DNA of 64,000 nt from Eledone cirrhosa (taxonomy: Eukaryota), in the NCBI GenBank assembly GCA_964016885.1, contig OZ024742.1:31744001-31808000 (forward strand). Direction: 5' to 3'. The notes under the pieces were generated by a model that had not been told where the DNA came from, made no database searches, and saw only the letters and a list, made by a program, of their open reading frames with translations. How positions within the stretch are numbered: position 1 is the stretch's first letter; each line of letters starts with the position of its first letter. Below are positions 1 through 15,087 of this stretch, piece after piece. Made by a program: the position numbers and the translations under genes.

Positions 1-1475
<1,475 letters not shown>

Positions 1476-1559
1476 TAAGTAGCCATTAAACCATTTTTAT
1501 GACCGTGTTTCTAACAAGAATATATTCTGTTTGTCTTTAAATTATTTAAATAATACAGA

Positions 1560-1715
1560 CTTATGTAACCGCTCCAAGTAGAGCCACTACTTCTCCGAAT
1601 TGAGAGGTCACAGCTCCCGTACTATGGGACTTGTGGTTAGAATGTTTAAGGAAAGAATCACTGGACAGATTTTATGCACAAAACCAACTGGAAGGAGACC
1701 CAGGGGTAGACCACG
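1560..1715 (+). mobile_element. Decayed RTE-type LINE C-terminal fragment
   Basis: Translates to VEPLLLRIERSQLPYYGLVVRMFKERITGQILCTKPTGRRPRGRP, resembling the RTE ORF2 end (RxQLxxxGHxxRM...GxRxRGRP). Related copies at 1972-2175(-) and 27790-28455(-). Confidence 0.65.
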
Positions 1716-1971
1716 AGCAAATATTGATGGGGTCGCTGTGATAAATTAAATCACAGCAATGCTGCAGGATGGCCACAGTAATTATGAGGTTGCTATGATC
1801 AACTAACTCAAAACAATATTCCAACATCACCACAATTATGATGATGTGGATATGGTCTACTAAATCACGGTAGTACCCCAGCATGGCCAAAATGGTGATA
1901 GTGGATATGTTTGACTAAATGAAGGTGGTGCCCCAGCATGGCCACAGTTATGATGAGGTGGATATGTTCTT

Positions 1972-2175
1972 CTTCACCCATTTATTCCTAGGAGGGTCCT
2001 GGGAGCAGAGTCCTCAAACACTCCTTCCAGCAGGTCCTGTCAGAAGCAACCATCTCCAACTTATCCAGCTGGATCCCCAAGCAAGACCATCTAAGCCCAT
2101 AGATGTTATCCAACCATCTTGCTCAGGGTCTACCCCTGGGTCTCCTGCCAGTTGGTTTTGCCCATAAAATCTGTT
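1972..2175 (-). mobile_element. Decayed RTE-type LINE 3' fragment (same family as 1560 and 27790)
   Basis: Reverse complement shares AAAACCAACTGG..GGAGACCCAGGGGTAGACC with 1681-1712. Continues into a 3' end also seen at 27800-27960 and 60880-60935. Confidence 0.6.
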
Positions 2176-3071
2176 GAAATGGATATGTTCAACTAAATCA
2201 AGGTGATACCCCAGCATGGCCAGTCTAATGAGTAAAATTTAGTCAACTAATAAAAGATAAAAATAATCTACAACAATAAGCCTGTAAGATTCTCTCAGCA
2301 GATTGTTATGACTACTGAAGTTGACAAAGCTTGACCAAACAATACAATTTATTTAACCTTATAACAATAGCAATCACCTTGAAATTCCTGTTTGATGGCC
2401 ATTTCTGACCTAACATCATCATCACCATCATCATTGCCATCACCACCACCACCACCATCAGCACCACCACCACCATCATCGCCACAATTATCATCATCAT
2501 TTAACGATCCAATGTCTTACATAATCTTAAGACAAAATTTTTTTAATGTATTACACGACCTACTTGATGGATGCTCCGTCAGTTATCATGATGAGCCTTC
2601 AGTGTTTGATCACCCAAGATCATCCCACTCATTACTTAATATGTAAGTGGTTGAATATTCCACAGTTATGTGTAGAGTTAATGTAATTCTCATGGGGATT
2701 CAGCATGACACGATATGCAACAAAGGCTGGTCTCCAAATACATACAAGAAAGACAATCACACCAGGGGAATGACTTTCAAAACCCCAGAAGGTGTCATGT
2801 GCTGAATTCAAAATATTTTCTGGGCACATATTTTACTCATGATTGAACATGTAACCCCCCTCCCCCCTCCCCTCATTCAATTGTCATATTTATCACATAC
2901 CCACATGAGTGCCACCCCCACTTCCCCCCATCTATTCTCACTACTTAATGGAACATCCCAGACACTTAAAACACCTGTATGTCTGACAAAAGTCACATGA
3001 CTGCGACTCCCCCTGCCTATTTATGGTTATGCTATTTAATGTATTTTGTCTACAGTAATTGACTTCCTACT

Positions 3072-5920
3072 CAGTCAGTCTTATTGGTGGTCACTCCTCC
3101 CAGGACAGACTTAACTTGACAACTAGTTTTGCTTCTCAGTCTTATTGGTGGTCACTGCTCCCAGGACAGACTTAACTTGACAACTGGTTTTGCTTCTCAG
3201 TCTTATTGGTGGTCACTCCTCCCAGGACAGACTTAACTTGACAACTGGTTTTGCTTCTCAGTCTTATTGGTGGTCACTCCTCCCAGGACAGACTTAACTT
3301 GACAACTGGTTTTGCTTCTCAGACAGTCTTATTGGTGGTCACTCCTCCCAGGACAGACTTAACTTGACAACTGGTTTTGCTTCTCAGTCTTATTGGTGGT
3401 CCCTCCTCCCAGGACAGACTTAACTTGACAACTGGTTTTGCTTCTCAGTCTTATTGGTGGTCACTCCTCCCAGGACAGACTTAACTTGACAACTGGTTTT
3501 GCTTCTCAGACAGTCTTATTGGTGGTCACTCCTCCCAGGACAGACTTAACTTGACAACTGGTTTTGCTTCTCAGTCTTATTGGTGGTCCCTCCTCCCAGG
3601 ACAGACTTATCTTGACAACTGGTTTTGCTTCTCAGTCTTATTGGTGGTCACTCCTCCCAGGACAGACTTAACTTGACAACTGGTTTTGCTTCTCAGTCTT
3701 ATTGGTGGTCACTGCTCCCAGAACAGACTTAACTTGACAACTAGTTTTGCTTCTCAGACAGTCTTATTGGTGGTCACTGCTCCCAGGACAGACTTAACTT
3801 GACAACTGGTTTTGCTTCTCAGTCTTATTGGTGGTCACTGCTCCCAGGACAGACTTAACTTGACAACTGGTTTTGCTTCTCAGACAGTCTTATTGGTGGT
3901 CACTCTTCTCAGGACAGACTTAACTTGACAACTGGTTTTGCTTCTCAGACAGTCTTATTGGTGGTCACTCCTCTCAGGACAGACTTATCTTGACAACTGG
4001 TTTTGCTTCTCAGACAGTCTTATTGGTGGTCACTCCTCCCAGGACAGACTTAACTTGACAACTGGTTTTGCTTCTCAGTCTTATTGGTGGTCACTCCTCC
4101 TAGGACAGACTTAACTTGACAACTGGTTTTGCTTCTCAGACAGTCTTATTGGTGGTCACTGCTCCCAGGACAGACTTAACTTGACAACTGGTTTTGCTTC
4201 TCAGACAGTCTTATTGGTGGTCACTCCTCCCAGGACAGACTTAACTTGACAACTGGTTTTGCTTCTCAGACAGTCTTATTGGTGGTCACTCCTCCCAGGA
4301 CAGACTTAACTTGACAACTGGTTTTGCTTCTCAGTCTTATTGGTGGTCACTGCTCCCAGGACAGACTTAACTTGACAACTGGTTTTGCTTCTCAGTCTTA
4401 TTGGTGGTCACTGCTCCCAGGACAGACTTAACTTGACAACTGGTTTTGCTTCTCAGACAGTCTTATTGGTGGTCACTCCTCCCAGGACAGACTTAACTTG
4501 ACAACTGGTTTTGCTTCTCAGTCTTATTGGTGGTCACTGCTCCCAGGACAGACTTAACTTGACAACTAGTTTTGCTTCTCAGACAGTCTTATTGGTGGTC
4601 ACTCCTCCCAGGACAGACTTAACTTGACAACTGGTTTTGCTTCTCAGTCTTATTGGTGGTCACTGCTCCCAGGACAGACTTAACTTGACAACTGGTTTTG
4701 CTTCTCAGACAGTCTTATTGGTGGTCACTCCTCCCAGGACAGACTTAACTTGACAACTGGTTTTGCTTCTCAGACAGTCTTATTGGTGGTCACTCCTCCC
4801 AGGACAGACTTAACTTGACAACTGGTTTTGCTTCTCAGACAGTCTTATTGGTGGTCACTCCTCCCAGGACAGACTTAACTTGACAACTGGTTTTGCTTCT
4901 CAGACAGTCTTATTGGTGGTCACTCCTCCCAGGACAGACTTAACTTGACAACTGGTTTTGCTTCTCAGACAGTCTTATTGGTGGTCACTCCTCCCAGGAC
5001 AGACTTAACTTGACAACTGGTTTTGCTTCTCAGACAGTCTTATTGGTGGTCACTCCTCCCAGGACAGACTTAACTTGACAACTGGTTTTGCTTCTCAGAC
5101 AGTCTTATTGGTGGTCACTCCTCCCAGGACAGACTTAACTTGACAACTGGTTTTGCTTCTCAGACAGTCTTATTGGTGGTCACTGCTCCCAGGACAGACT
5201 TAACTTGACAACTGGTTTTGCTTCTCAGTCTTATTGGTGGTCACTGCTCCCAGGACAGACTTAACTTGACAACTGGTTTTGCTTCTCAGACAGTCTTATT
5301 GGTGGTCACTCCTCCCAGGACAGACTTAACTTGACAACTGGTTTTGCTTCTCAGACAGTCTTATTGGTGGTCACTCCTCTCAGGACAGACTTAACTTGAC
5401 AACTAGTTTTGCTTCTCAGACAGTCTTATTGGTGGTCACTCCTCCCAGGACAGACTTAACTTGACAACTGGTTTTGCTTCTCAGACAGTCTTATTGGTGG
5501 TCACTCCTCTCAGGACAGACTTAACTTGACAACTGGTTTTGCTTCTCAGACAGTCTTATTGGTGGTCACTCCTCCCAGGACAGACTTGACTTGACAACTA
5601 GTTTTGCTTGTCAGACAGTCTTATTGGTGGTCACTCCTCCCAGGACAGACTTAATTTGACAACTGGTTTTGCTTCTCAGACAGTCTTATTGGTGGTCACT
5701 CCTCCCAGGACGGACTTAACTTGACAACTGGTTTTGCTTCTCAGACAGTCTTATTGGTGGTCACTCCTCCCAGGACAGACTTAACTTGACAACTAGTTTT
5801 GCTTGTCAGACTGTCCTGAGAGGAGTGACCACCAATAAGACTGACTTAACTTGACAACTAGTTTTGCTTCTCAGTCAGTCTTATTGGTGGTGATTTCCCT
5901 TAGGACAGGCCTAACTTGAC
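3072..5920. repeat. 61/65-bp minisatellite, about 44 near-identical units
   Basis: Unit AGTCTTATTGGTGGTCACTCCTCCCAGGACAGACTTAACTTGACAACTGGTTTTGCTTCTC with or without AGAC, head to tail with no spacers. Confidence 0.97.
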
Positions 5921-6849
5921 GACTAGTTTTACTCATTTCAACTGAACATTTGACTTTCAGATATGCTCTATTTGACTGGCTTTCCTAGTTTCTGTCTATT
6001 CAATCCCACTGACAAGGCTTGGGTTGAGCTGAGGTGATGACAAAAAAAATTTATACCACACAGAGGGAATGAATCTGGGACCTTATTGTTACAAAGCAGA
6101 CATCTTAACCATTCAGCCATGTCTGTGACCTACGACCTACTTGCACTGGACTTACTTAACCGTAAACAAAATGATCTGTATAATCTATATCAGCATGTGT
6201 AGAAAACTAAATGTCAAACTGATGCTGGTTGTGATGATGGTGATGATGCTGATGATGATAGAATTGAGGGTGATGATGGTGATGATAGAATTGAGGGTGA
6301 TGGTGGTGATGGTGATGTGATGATAGAATTGAGGGTGATGGTGATGATGATGAAAAAGTGATGTCTCGTGTGTTTTTTATTTATTTAATTCTTGTATGTG
6401 GTTTTTCTAATTTGATCCCAATTCCGATGACATTAAACAGTAGAAATATCAACTTCCTTTGACAGGAAACCAGTCTTGAAACTCTGCAGAGATGATGGCA
6501 CTGTAGTAAGAGAGTAGCCAAACAACGCTGCCATTATATAGTCACTCAACCTGCTTGAAATAGCAGCTAAATCTATTTCAAATCATATAACCTCCAAGGG
6601 AACCTATATAGGTACTATCTTGGCCTGCTAGAACAATAGTTATTGGCAGCTCAGTCTCAGAAGACCATCCTTAATACACCTGGAGTTATGTCTAATCACT
6701 GGCACCATTTTCTGTGACTGTGCAGACCGATGCAGGAGTGACAGTCTTTGTTGCACTTGGTGCAGATAGAACAATAACATGATGCATTTTGAAGCCATTT
6801 TCCCTACTAAATCAGGGGTCAGCAATGTTGGTCCCACGACATCATCATT

Positions 6850-7001
6850 AGATTGGCAGCATAGAGTTATGGCCCTTTGTGATCTGAGTTCAAATCCCGC
6901 CGAGGTTAACTTTGCCTTTCATCCTTACAGGGTCGATAAAATAAAGTACCAGTAATGCGCTGGGTAATTACTGGCCTTGTGCCAAAAGTAGAAACAATTA
7001 T
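6850..7001 (+). mobile_element. SINE with Nin-like core (family 1)
   Basis: GAGTTCAAATCC B-box, GCCTTTCATCCTTAC.GGGTCGATAAAATAAAGTACCAG core and (ATT)n tail; more than 10 copies in the window. Confidence 0.75.
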
Positions 7002-8274
7002 TTAAAATTTATTTCCCATGCTTCCATAGGTTAGACAGGTTGTCATGCTATGAGGCTAACCAGGTCAGGTAATCATGTCAAACATCTGGTTTGGCTTAGC
7101 TTTCTCTCACTGGATGCCCTTCCTAAGGCTAACCACATTACAGTGTGTACCAGATTTTTTCATGGCACCACCATTTCAACTTTATAGGATGGATTGGGTG
7201 CTTTTCATCATAACACCAAGATGACCTCACAAAAGGATGGACTGGGTCCTTTATTTTTTTTTTTGTCGTATCCACCTTACAGAGTTTGACTTGGTGCTTT
7301 TTCATCGTGACTTCAGTATTACTTCTTTACAGAGTGGACTGGCTACTTTTGTCATGCTATCAGCACCATGGGAGAGTGTGTCTGGCTTTCCATGCATGAT
7401 TTCGACAAGAGGGGGGTATCAGGGGTGGGGTGGAGTACATACTCATCATTAAACATTTCCTATGGCTGGGCTGTCATGCTCTGAGACTAGCTCAGACAGG
7501 AGATGACCATGTCTAGATCAGACAGGCAACAGCATCTAGGTCGGACAGAAGACCACGTCTAGCTCATACATTTCATTTTTGTTTTGGTATGTCTTCCTTG
7601 GTCAGATATCTTTCCAAACACTGACCAAACATTTTACCATGGTACAAGGTTGGAGCATGTCCAACTTCCTATGTTGGTGTGGGTTTGATAGGGAAGGGAG
7701 GGAGTTGTGCATACATCTTTGTATGTTGACATGGGGAAGAGGGGGGGGGGGCTGCTTTCCCATGCTGGAAGGAGCTGGATAAGTGGATGGGCTGATGGGG
7801 GGAAACAGTCATTCCTTGCTGGCAGGAATTGTGGGATGTACAAGGTGGGGAGGGGGAGTTTGAGGAAGTGCGTGGCAAGGGAGGGGAAGGAAGGCTAAGG
7901 TAGGATATTTTAGATAATGAGGTGGGTTTGAGGAAGTATACAGTATGGTGAGGGGAAGAAATGGGTGTTGAGGTGTACTTAGATAATGAGGTGGGGAGGT
8001 GAGTATGTAGGACGAGGGTGGGGGAAGTAGGAAGTGAAAGCTGTCTAAGGTAATGAGATGTCTTGGCTAATGAGGGGGGAGAGGTGTGTATATGTAGGAA
8101 GTGAGAGGTGTGGGGAAGATTGATACAGATTGTGTCTAGTAAACTCAGACACATTGGTCAAGTGGTCAAGCACAGGCTATACTGTAGATACTGGTCCTGT
8201 GTACCACACAGTGGGAGGGAACTTGAAACCATGTAAGCTGGGGTGTAAACTCTTTAACCACACAGCCATTGCTG

Positions 8275-8278
8275 CACC

Positions 8279-8310
<32 letters not shown>

Positions 8311-8327
8311 CTTGTGCATGCATGTAT

Positions 8328-8365
<38 letters not shown>

Positions 8366-9013
8366 GTATGTGTGTGCATGTATGTATATGTATGTATATA
8401 TGTGCATGTATGTATATGTGTGTGCATGTATGTATATGTGTGTGCATGTATGTATATGTGTGTGCATGTATGTGTGTATATATGTGACAGTGGGTGTATA
8501 TATAAGCTGTGTGTGTGTCAAGAGTTAACAGCACCCATCAGATGGTATCATAAAACCAATTGTTAGAAATCCTAAAAGTCACACCATCTCCTCCACAACT
8601 CACTCTCTCTTTGTCTCTCTCTTTCTCTCTCTCCTTGTCTCTCTCTCTCTCCTCACACTCTCTCTTTGTCTCTCTCTCTCTCCCCTCTCTCTCTCATCAC
8701 ACTCTTTTTGTCTCTCTCTCTCCTCACACACTCTCTCTCCTCACACACTCTCTCTCCTCACACTCTCTCCTCACACTCTCTCTCTCTCTCCTCACACTCT
8801 CTCTCTCTCTCCTCACACTCTCTCTCTCTCTCCTCACACTCTCTCTCTCTCTCTCCTCACACACTCTCTCGCTCTCTCCTCACTCTCTCTCGCTCTCCTC
8901 ACACTCTCTCTCTCTCCTCACACTCTCTCTCTCTCCTCACACTCTCTCTCCTCACTCTCTCTCTCTCCTCACTCTCTCTCTCTCTCTCCTCACTCTCTCT
9001 CTCTCTCTCCTCA

Positions 9014-9055
<42 letters not shown>

Positions 9056-9834
9056 CTCACTCTCTTTCTCTCTCTCTCTCCTCACACTCTTTCTCCTCAC
9101 ACACTCTCCCTCTCTCCTCACACTCTTTCTCCTCACACTCTCCCTCTCTCTCCTCACACACTCTCTCCTCACACACTCTCCCTCTATCTCCTCACACTCT
9201 CTCCTCACACTTTCTCTCTCTATCTCCTCACACTCTCTCTCTCTCTCTCCTCCTCAACATCATGTGAAATGTATAGTGGCAGCTGTTGGGGTGGTTCATG
9301 TAGTACGAGTAAGGATGGTTGTGTATGTATATGAGTATATATATGTGTGTATACATGTATGTGTGTATGTATTAGAGTAATATATATTATATATGTGTAT
9401 GAGAGAGGAGGAAGATGTTACAAATAACCGTGACTCCCCCTCCCTCACTGCCTCCCCCCCTCCTCGCCAGTTGGTGCAAATATGAGATTATTTAATCATA
9501 TAGTTTCCAGTTGATAATAAAAATGATTTAGTATTGCACCCTGTGTATATACATATATATGTGTGTGTATGTATATATATATGTGTATACATACGTGTGT
9601 GTGTATATATATATGTGTATACATGTGTGTGTGTATATATGTGTGTGTATACGTGTGTGTGTATATATATATATATATATGTGTATACATGTGTGTATAT
9701 ATATATGTGTATACATGTGTGTGTATATATATATATATGTGTATACATGTGTGTGTGTATATATATATATATGTGTATACGTGTCTGTGTGTATATGTGT
9801 ATATGTGTGTGTGTATATACATATGTGTGTATAC

Positions 9835-9866
<32 letters not shown>

Positions 9867-9870
9867 CACA
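8275..9870. repeat. Cluster of (TA)n, (TG)n and CT-rich (CTCTCCTCACA-type) simple repeats
   Basis: Directly visible low-complexity tracts. Confidence 0.9.
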
Positions 9871-9884
9871 CATATTGTTCTTCT

Positions 9885-10182
9885 TTTTGGTAAATATCAT
9901 CTTGGTTAAGAGAGTGGGACTGGCTTTGTGCAGTGCCTTTGCTCACTATAAAAGCTTCACGGCACAGGCATTGCTTTATATCTGGAGATCTCTCTGCACT
10001 TGTCGTCACATGGTACCATGGGCCCAGCACTATGTGTCAATAATTGTCACAAGTGTAGTGTTTGTACGAGAGTTTTCAAGTCGCTGGCTGGACTAAAAAG
10101 TCACTCGTTCAGCGCATCGGTAGGGGTTCTCCTACATGGATATAAAGTAGTGGCCATACTCGAAAACGAGTTGGCAGCCACC

Positions 10183-10183
<1 letters not shown>
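9885..10183 (+). mobile_element. 3' fragment of a LINE ending in a C2H2-like knuckle, inserted between TA-rich repeats
   Basis: HKCSVCTRVFKSLAGLKSH resembles the C-terminal CxxCxRxFxSxxGLxSH motif of RTE-group ORF2; stops upstream; followed by (TA)n. Confidence 0.5.
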
Positions 10184-10235
<52 letters not shown>

Positions 10236-10379
10236 GAAGTTGTATTTAATTTGTTGGAAGTCCGACAAACATAAATGTTTATAACTGATTTAGAGCACAC
10301 AACTTGGTTACCCTTGAAATATATATAATAAAATAAATATGGTTTTATAAATATAGTTTCCATTTATTTAATATCATAG

Positions 10380-10431
<52 letters not shown>

Positions 10432-10432
10432 C

Positions 10433-10575
10433 ATGGGCAGACAAGGTGACGGCTGACCTCAGATCGCTGAAGCTCACAGAAGAGATGACAAAAGACCGTG
10501 ACAAGTGGAGAGATGCTGTGCTGAATAGGACCACCCTTGCAAGCAGGGAAAAGTGGACGTATGATGATGATGGTG
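10433..10575 (+). mobile_element. Very short 3' end of RTE family A
   Basis: DLRSLKLTEEMTKDRDKWRDAVLN.T.TLASREK matches the end of the 54236-56150 element; (GAT)n tail; (TA)n upstream. Confidence 0.85.
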
Positions 10576-10789
10576 ATGGTGGTGGTGATGGTGTAGTACC
10601 TATTGCAACATATTTCACCTGTATGGATAGGGTTAATAGTTTGAAGGATTATACTTTTAACCATCATCATCATCATATTTACATCACCTTTTGCATGCTT
10701 GCATGGGTTGGATGGGTCCTTTCCATCACGGTATTTCTCTATTCATTACATCCTCCATCATCTCCTCCACATAGTGTAGCAGATGAATT

Positions 10790-11280
10790 GTAGCACTACC
10801 ACTATGGCTATCATCACCACCACAGGATCAGTACTACCACCATCATTGTCACCACCATCATCACAATCACCACCTTTACCAACACTACCACCATCATCAC
10901 CACTACCACCATCATCACCACTACCATCATCACCACTACCATCATCACCACTACCACTACCACCACCACCATCATCACCACTACCACTACTATCATCACC
11001 ACCACTACCACCATCACCACTACCACCACCACTACCACCACCACCACCACTACCATCACCACTATACCACCACTACCACCACCACTACCACCACCACTAT
11101 CACCACCACCACCACCACCACTACCACCACCATCACCACTACCATCACCACTATACCACCACTACCACCACCACTATACCACCACCACTACCATCACCAC
11201 TACTACTACTACCACCACCACCATCACCACTACCACCACTACTACCCCCACTACCACTACCACCACCACCACCATCATAT
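10790..11280. repeat. (CAC/CAT/CTA)n trinucleotide complex repeat
   Basis: Visible; source of the poly-P/H/V ORFs. Confidence 0.9.
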
Positions 11281-11382
11281 TTTAAGAATGCAGTGTCAAA
11301 CATTTCACCAAAATTAATCATGCCAGGTGCCATGTTAACAGTTTCTGTCAGTTCTGTAGAACATTTTTATGGGTTGGAATAA

Positions 11383-12396
<1,014 letters not shown>

Positions 12397-12623
12397 TAAC
12401 TGTAAATCTGTCTGCTTGTCTCTCACTCTCACTCTCTCTCTTTCTCTCACTCTCTCTCACTCTCTCTCTCACTCTCTCTTTCTTCTCTCTCCCCCTATCT
12501 CTTTCTCCTCTCTCCCCCTATCTCTTTCTCTCTCTATCTCTTTCACTCTTTCTCTTTTTTTCTCTCTCTTTCTTCTCTCTCCCGCTCTCTCTCATATGTT
12601 TTGGGTTTATTTCTCTACATCAG

Positions 12624-12747
12624 CCTGAAAATATCTTGATGGTGAACCAAACCAGTCAGAGAATAAAGTTGATAGATTTTGGATTATCACGAAAATTAAA
12701 ACCAGGTATTGATAGTCGAGCTATGATGGGAACTGCAGAGTTTGTTG
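12624..12747 (+). CDS. DAPK1: DAPK-family kinase, exon C (PEN, DFG, activation segment)
   Basis: ctctacatcag|CCT GAA AAT ... TTT GTT G|gtgagt. PENILMVNQTSQRIKLIDFGLSRKLKPGIDSRAMMGTAEFV; 124 nt, phase 0/1; not in the ORF track. Confidence 0.95.
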
Positions 12748-12926
12748 GTGAGTTTTTCGTCTTCTTTTTATTCCATTGTTACTGTGTGTGTCTTTTGATG
12801 AAGGACTAGTGTCCAAAACATTAAGACTCTTTTCCTACTATGCCAAACATTGTTCTGTGTTGTTTGCTTAGTTATTTCTGCTACATTTTGCACGTGTATA
12901 TGTGCAAATGTGTGTGCACACATTTA

Positions 12927-13017
<91 letters not shown>

Positions 13018-13021
<4 letters not shown>

Positions 13022-13548
13022 AGTTACGGAGTAGGTAGACCCAGAAAAACCTGGGACGATTTGATGAATTCCGAGCTTAGACGCTTACACCTCTCTAAGA
13101 CAATGTCACTGGACAGAGATCTTTGGCGCTACGCAGTAATACAGAGGACCCGCCTTGCCTATGGACAAAGCGAAACCTACAGTCAGTAGGCACCTCTTAA
13201 CCAAATATACACCCCAACCCACTACCCCTACTCCATCCTCCCACTCCCACCAACACCACCCTTTCTCTGTAAAGTTATGTTGGTACCACAACATCCAGTC
13301 CAAACTAATGAGGTCGTGTAGGTGTCACAACAAACAAAACACACAGTCCACGCTGTAATGTGGCCGTGTAGGTAACACGGTAAAAAGCTCCCAGTCCACA
13401 CTGTAAACATGGTTGGTGTTAGGAAGGGCATCCAGCCGTAGAAAACCTGCAGATAGTCCTATACGAGCAAGACAATCTTGCCTCAAGTGGGACAATTCCC
13501 GCCTAACACATGCTTGCGTGGAAGATAGATGTTAAACGATGATGATGA
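13018..13548 (+). mobile_element. RTE LINE family B, 3' fragment with long 3' UTR and (GAT)n tail
   Basis: GSYGVGRPRKTWDDLMNSELRRLHLSKTMSLDRDLWRYAVIQRTRL; same UTR as 32533-32970, 39311-40411 and 42526-43150. Confidence 0.8.
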
Positions 13549-14315
13549 TATATAGCATATGAGCAGGACTTAGTTACTGTCTCTATTCCTCTCGCCCAGT
13601 CACTTCCATCTTTCCTCAACATATGTGACCCAACCATCTAATTCCATTTCTCTTCACAACATTCATCACTGGCACTATTCCTCTCACCCAGACAATTTCA
13701 TCCTTCCACAACACATGACCCAGCTATCTCATTCCATTTCTCTTCCCAACATCCATCATTAAACTATGGTAATGAATGTTTTAAAGGTTGTGTCCCACTA
13801 TTGTCCTAATAGGCACCATGAGGAGGTGGAGCTGTGGTTTACTGGTTGGATTATATGTGTTTGGCTATTGTGTTATTGTCAAATTTGTATTTCCTTAGTT
13901 TCGCTCCAAGCTAAAAACAGTTTGAAAGAGATTAAACAGGATAATAGAAATAAGTACCAATATATATTTACACACACATGTACCTACATATTCACACCTA
14001 CACATACACACTTCTACATGTACACCTAGACACATTCCTTCACAAACACACACATACACACATCTACACCTAGACACATACATTCACACACACACACACA
14101 CACACACTCACAGTCTACACATTCACACCTCACACACACACACACATACACCTAGACACAAAGCTTCACACATACACAGATATATATATATACATCTACA
14201 CACACTCACATCCACACATGCCTCCACCTACACACTCACATCCACACACGCCTCCACCTACACACACTCACATCCACACACACCTAGACGCACACATACA
14301 CATACATTCCTACAT

Positions 14316-14353
<38 letters not shown>

Positions 14354-14884
14354 TTCGCATGTATAAATTACACTTAAATAAACAAACAACCCTACACATG
14401 CCCACAAACGACCAAAAATATAAATACACACATACATAATCACACACACACACACACATATACATACATACAGACACACACACAACCTTAGGAAAGACAC
14501 ATTTTAAAGCATTTGATGAAGATATCTATTTATCTTGCGTGTGTGTGTGCTGCATGACACGCGTGTGTTTGTGTATCCACACGTGCACTGCGTGAGACGA
14601 GTGTATGGGTATGTTATATGACGTGTGTACTGCGTGTCACGTATGTGTGTGTTGCATGTCAACCGTGCACCGCATGAGACATGTGTGTGTGTTATGACAC
14701 GTATATGTGCTGCATGTCACGAACGCACTGCAAAAATTATCATGTACATTTCCCTTAATTATAGTCAATGAGAGTTATCTCCCTTGGAACATTTATTGTC
14801 GTCTGCTCAGTGAAAAGGTTCAGTTGTTTTTCTGTTGCTAACTAAATCTTCGAGCGATATATAACAATGATAACAATAATATTA

Positions 14885-15087
14885 ATTGTTTCTACTTTAA
14901 AGGGGAGAGTAAAGTTGATTAAATCGACCCTAGTTGTGCATTACTGGTACTTTATTTTATCGACCCCGCAAGAATGAAAGGCAAAGCTAACCTCGTCGCG
15001 ATTTGAACTCAGAATCTAAAACGCCATAATTATTATGCCGCAAAGCATGTTGTCCGACTATTTAATGAGTCTGCCAAATCGCCAACT
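14885..15087 (-). mobile_element. SINE family 1 (Nin-like core), reverse copy
   Basis: CTGGTACTTTATTTTATCGACCCC...ATGAAAGGCAAAG...ATTTGAACTCAG. Confidence 0.7.

Noticed and set aside
3072-5920. CRISPR-like array
   Set aside because: Units are head to tail with no unique spacers, there are no cas genes, and the context is a eukaryotic intron.
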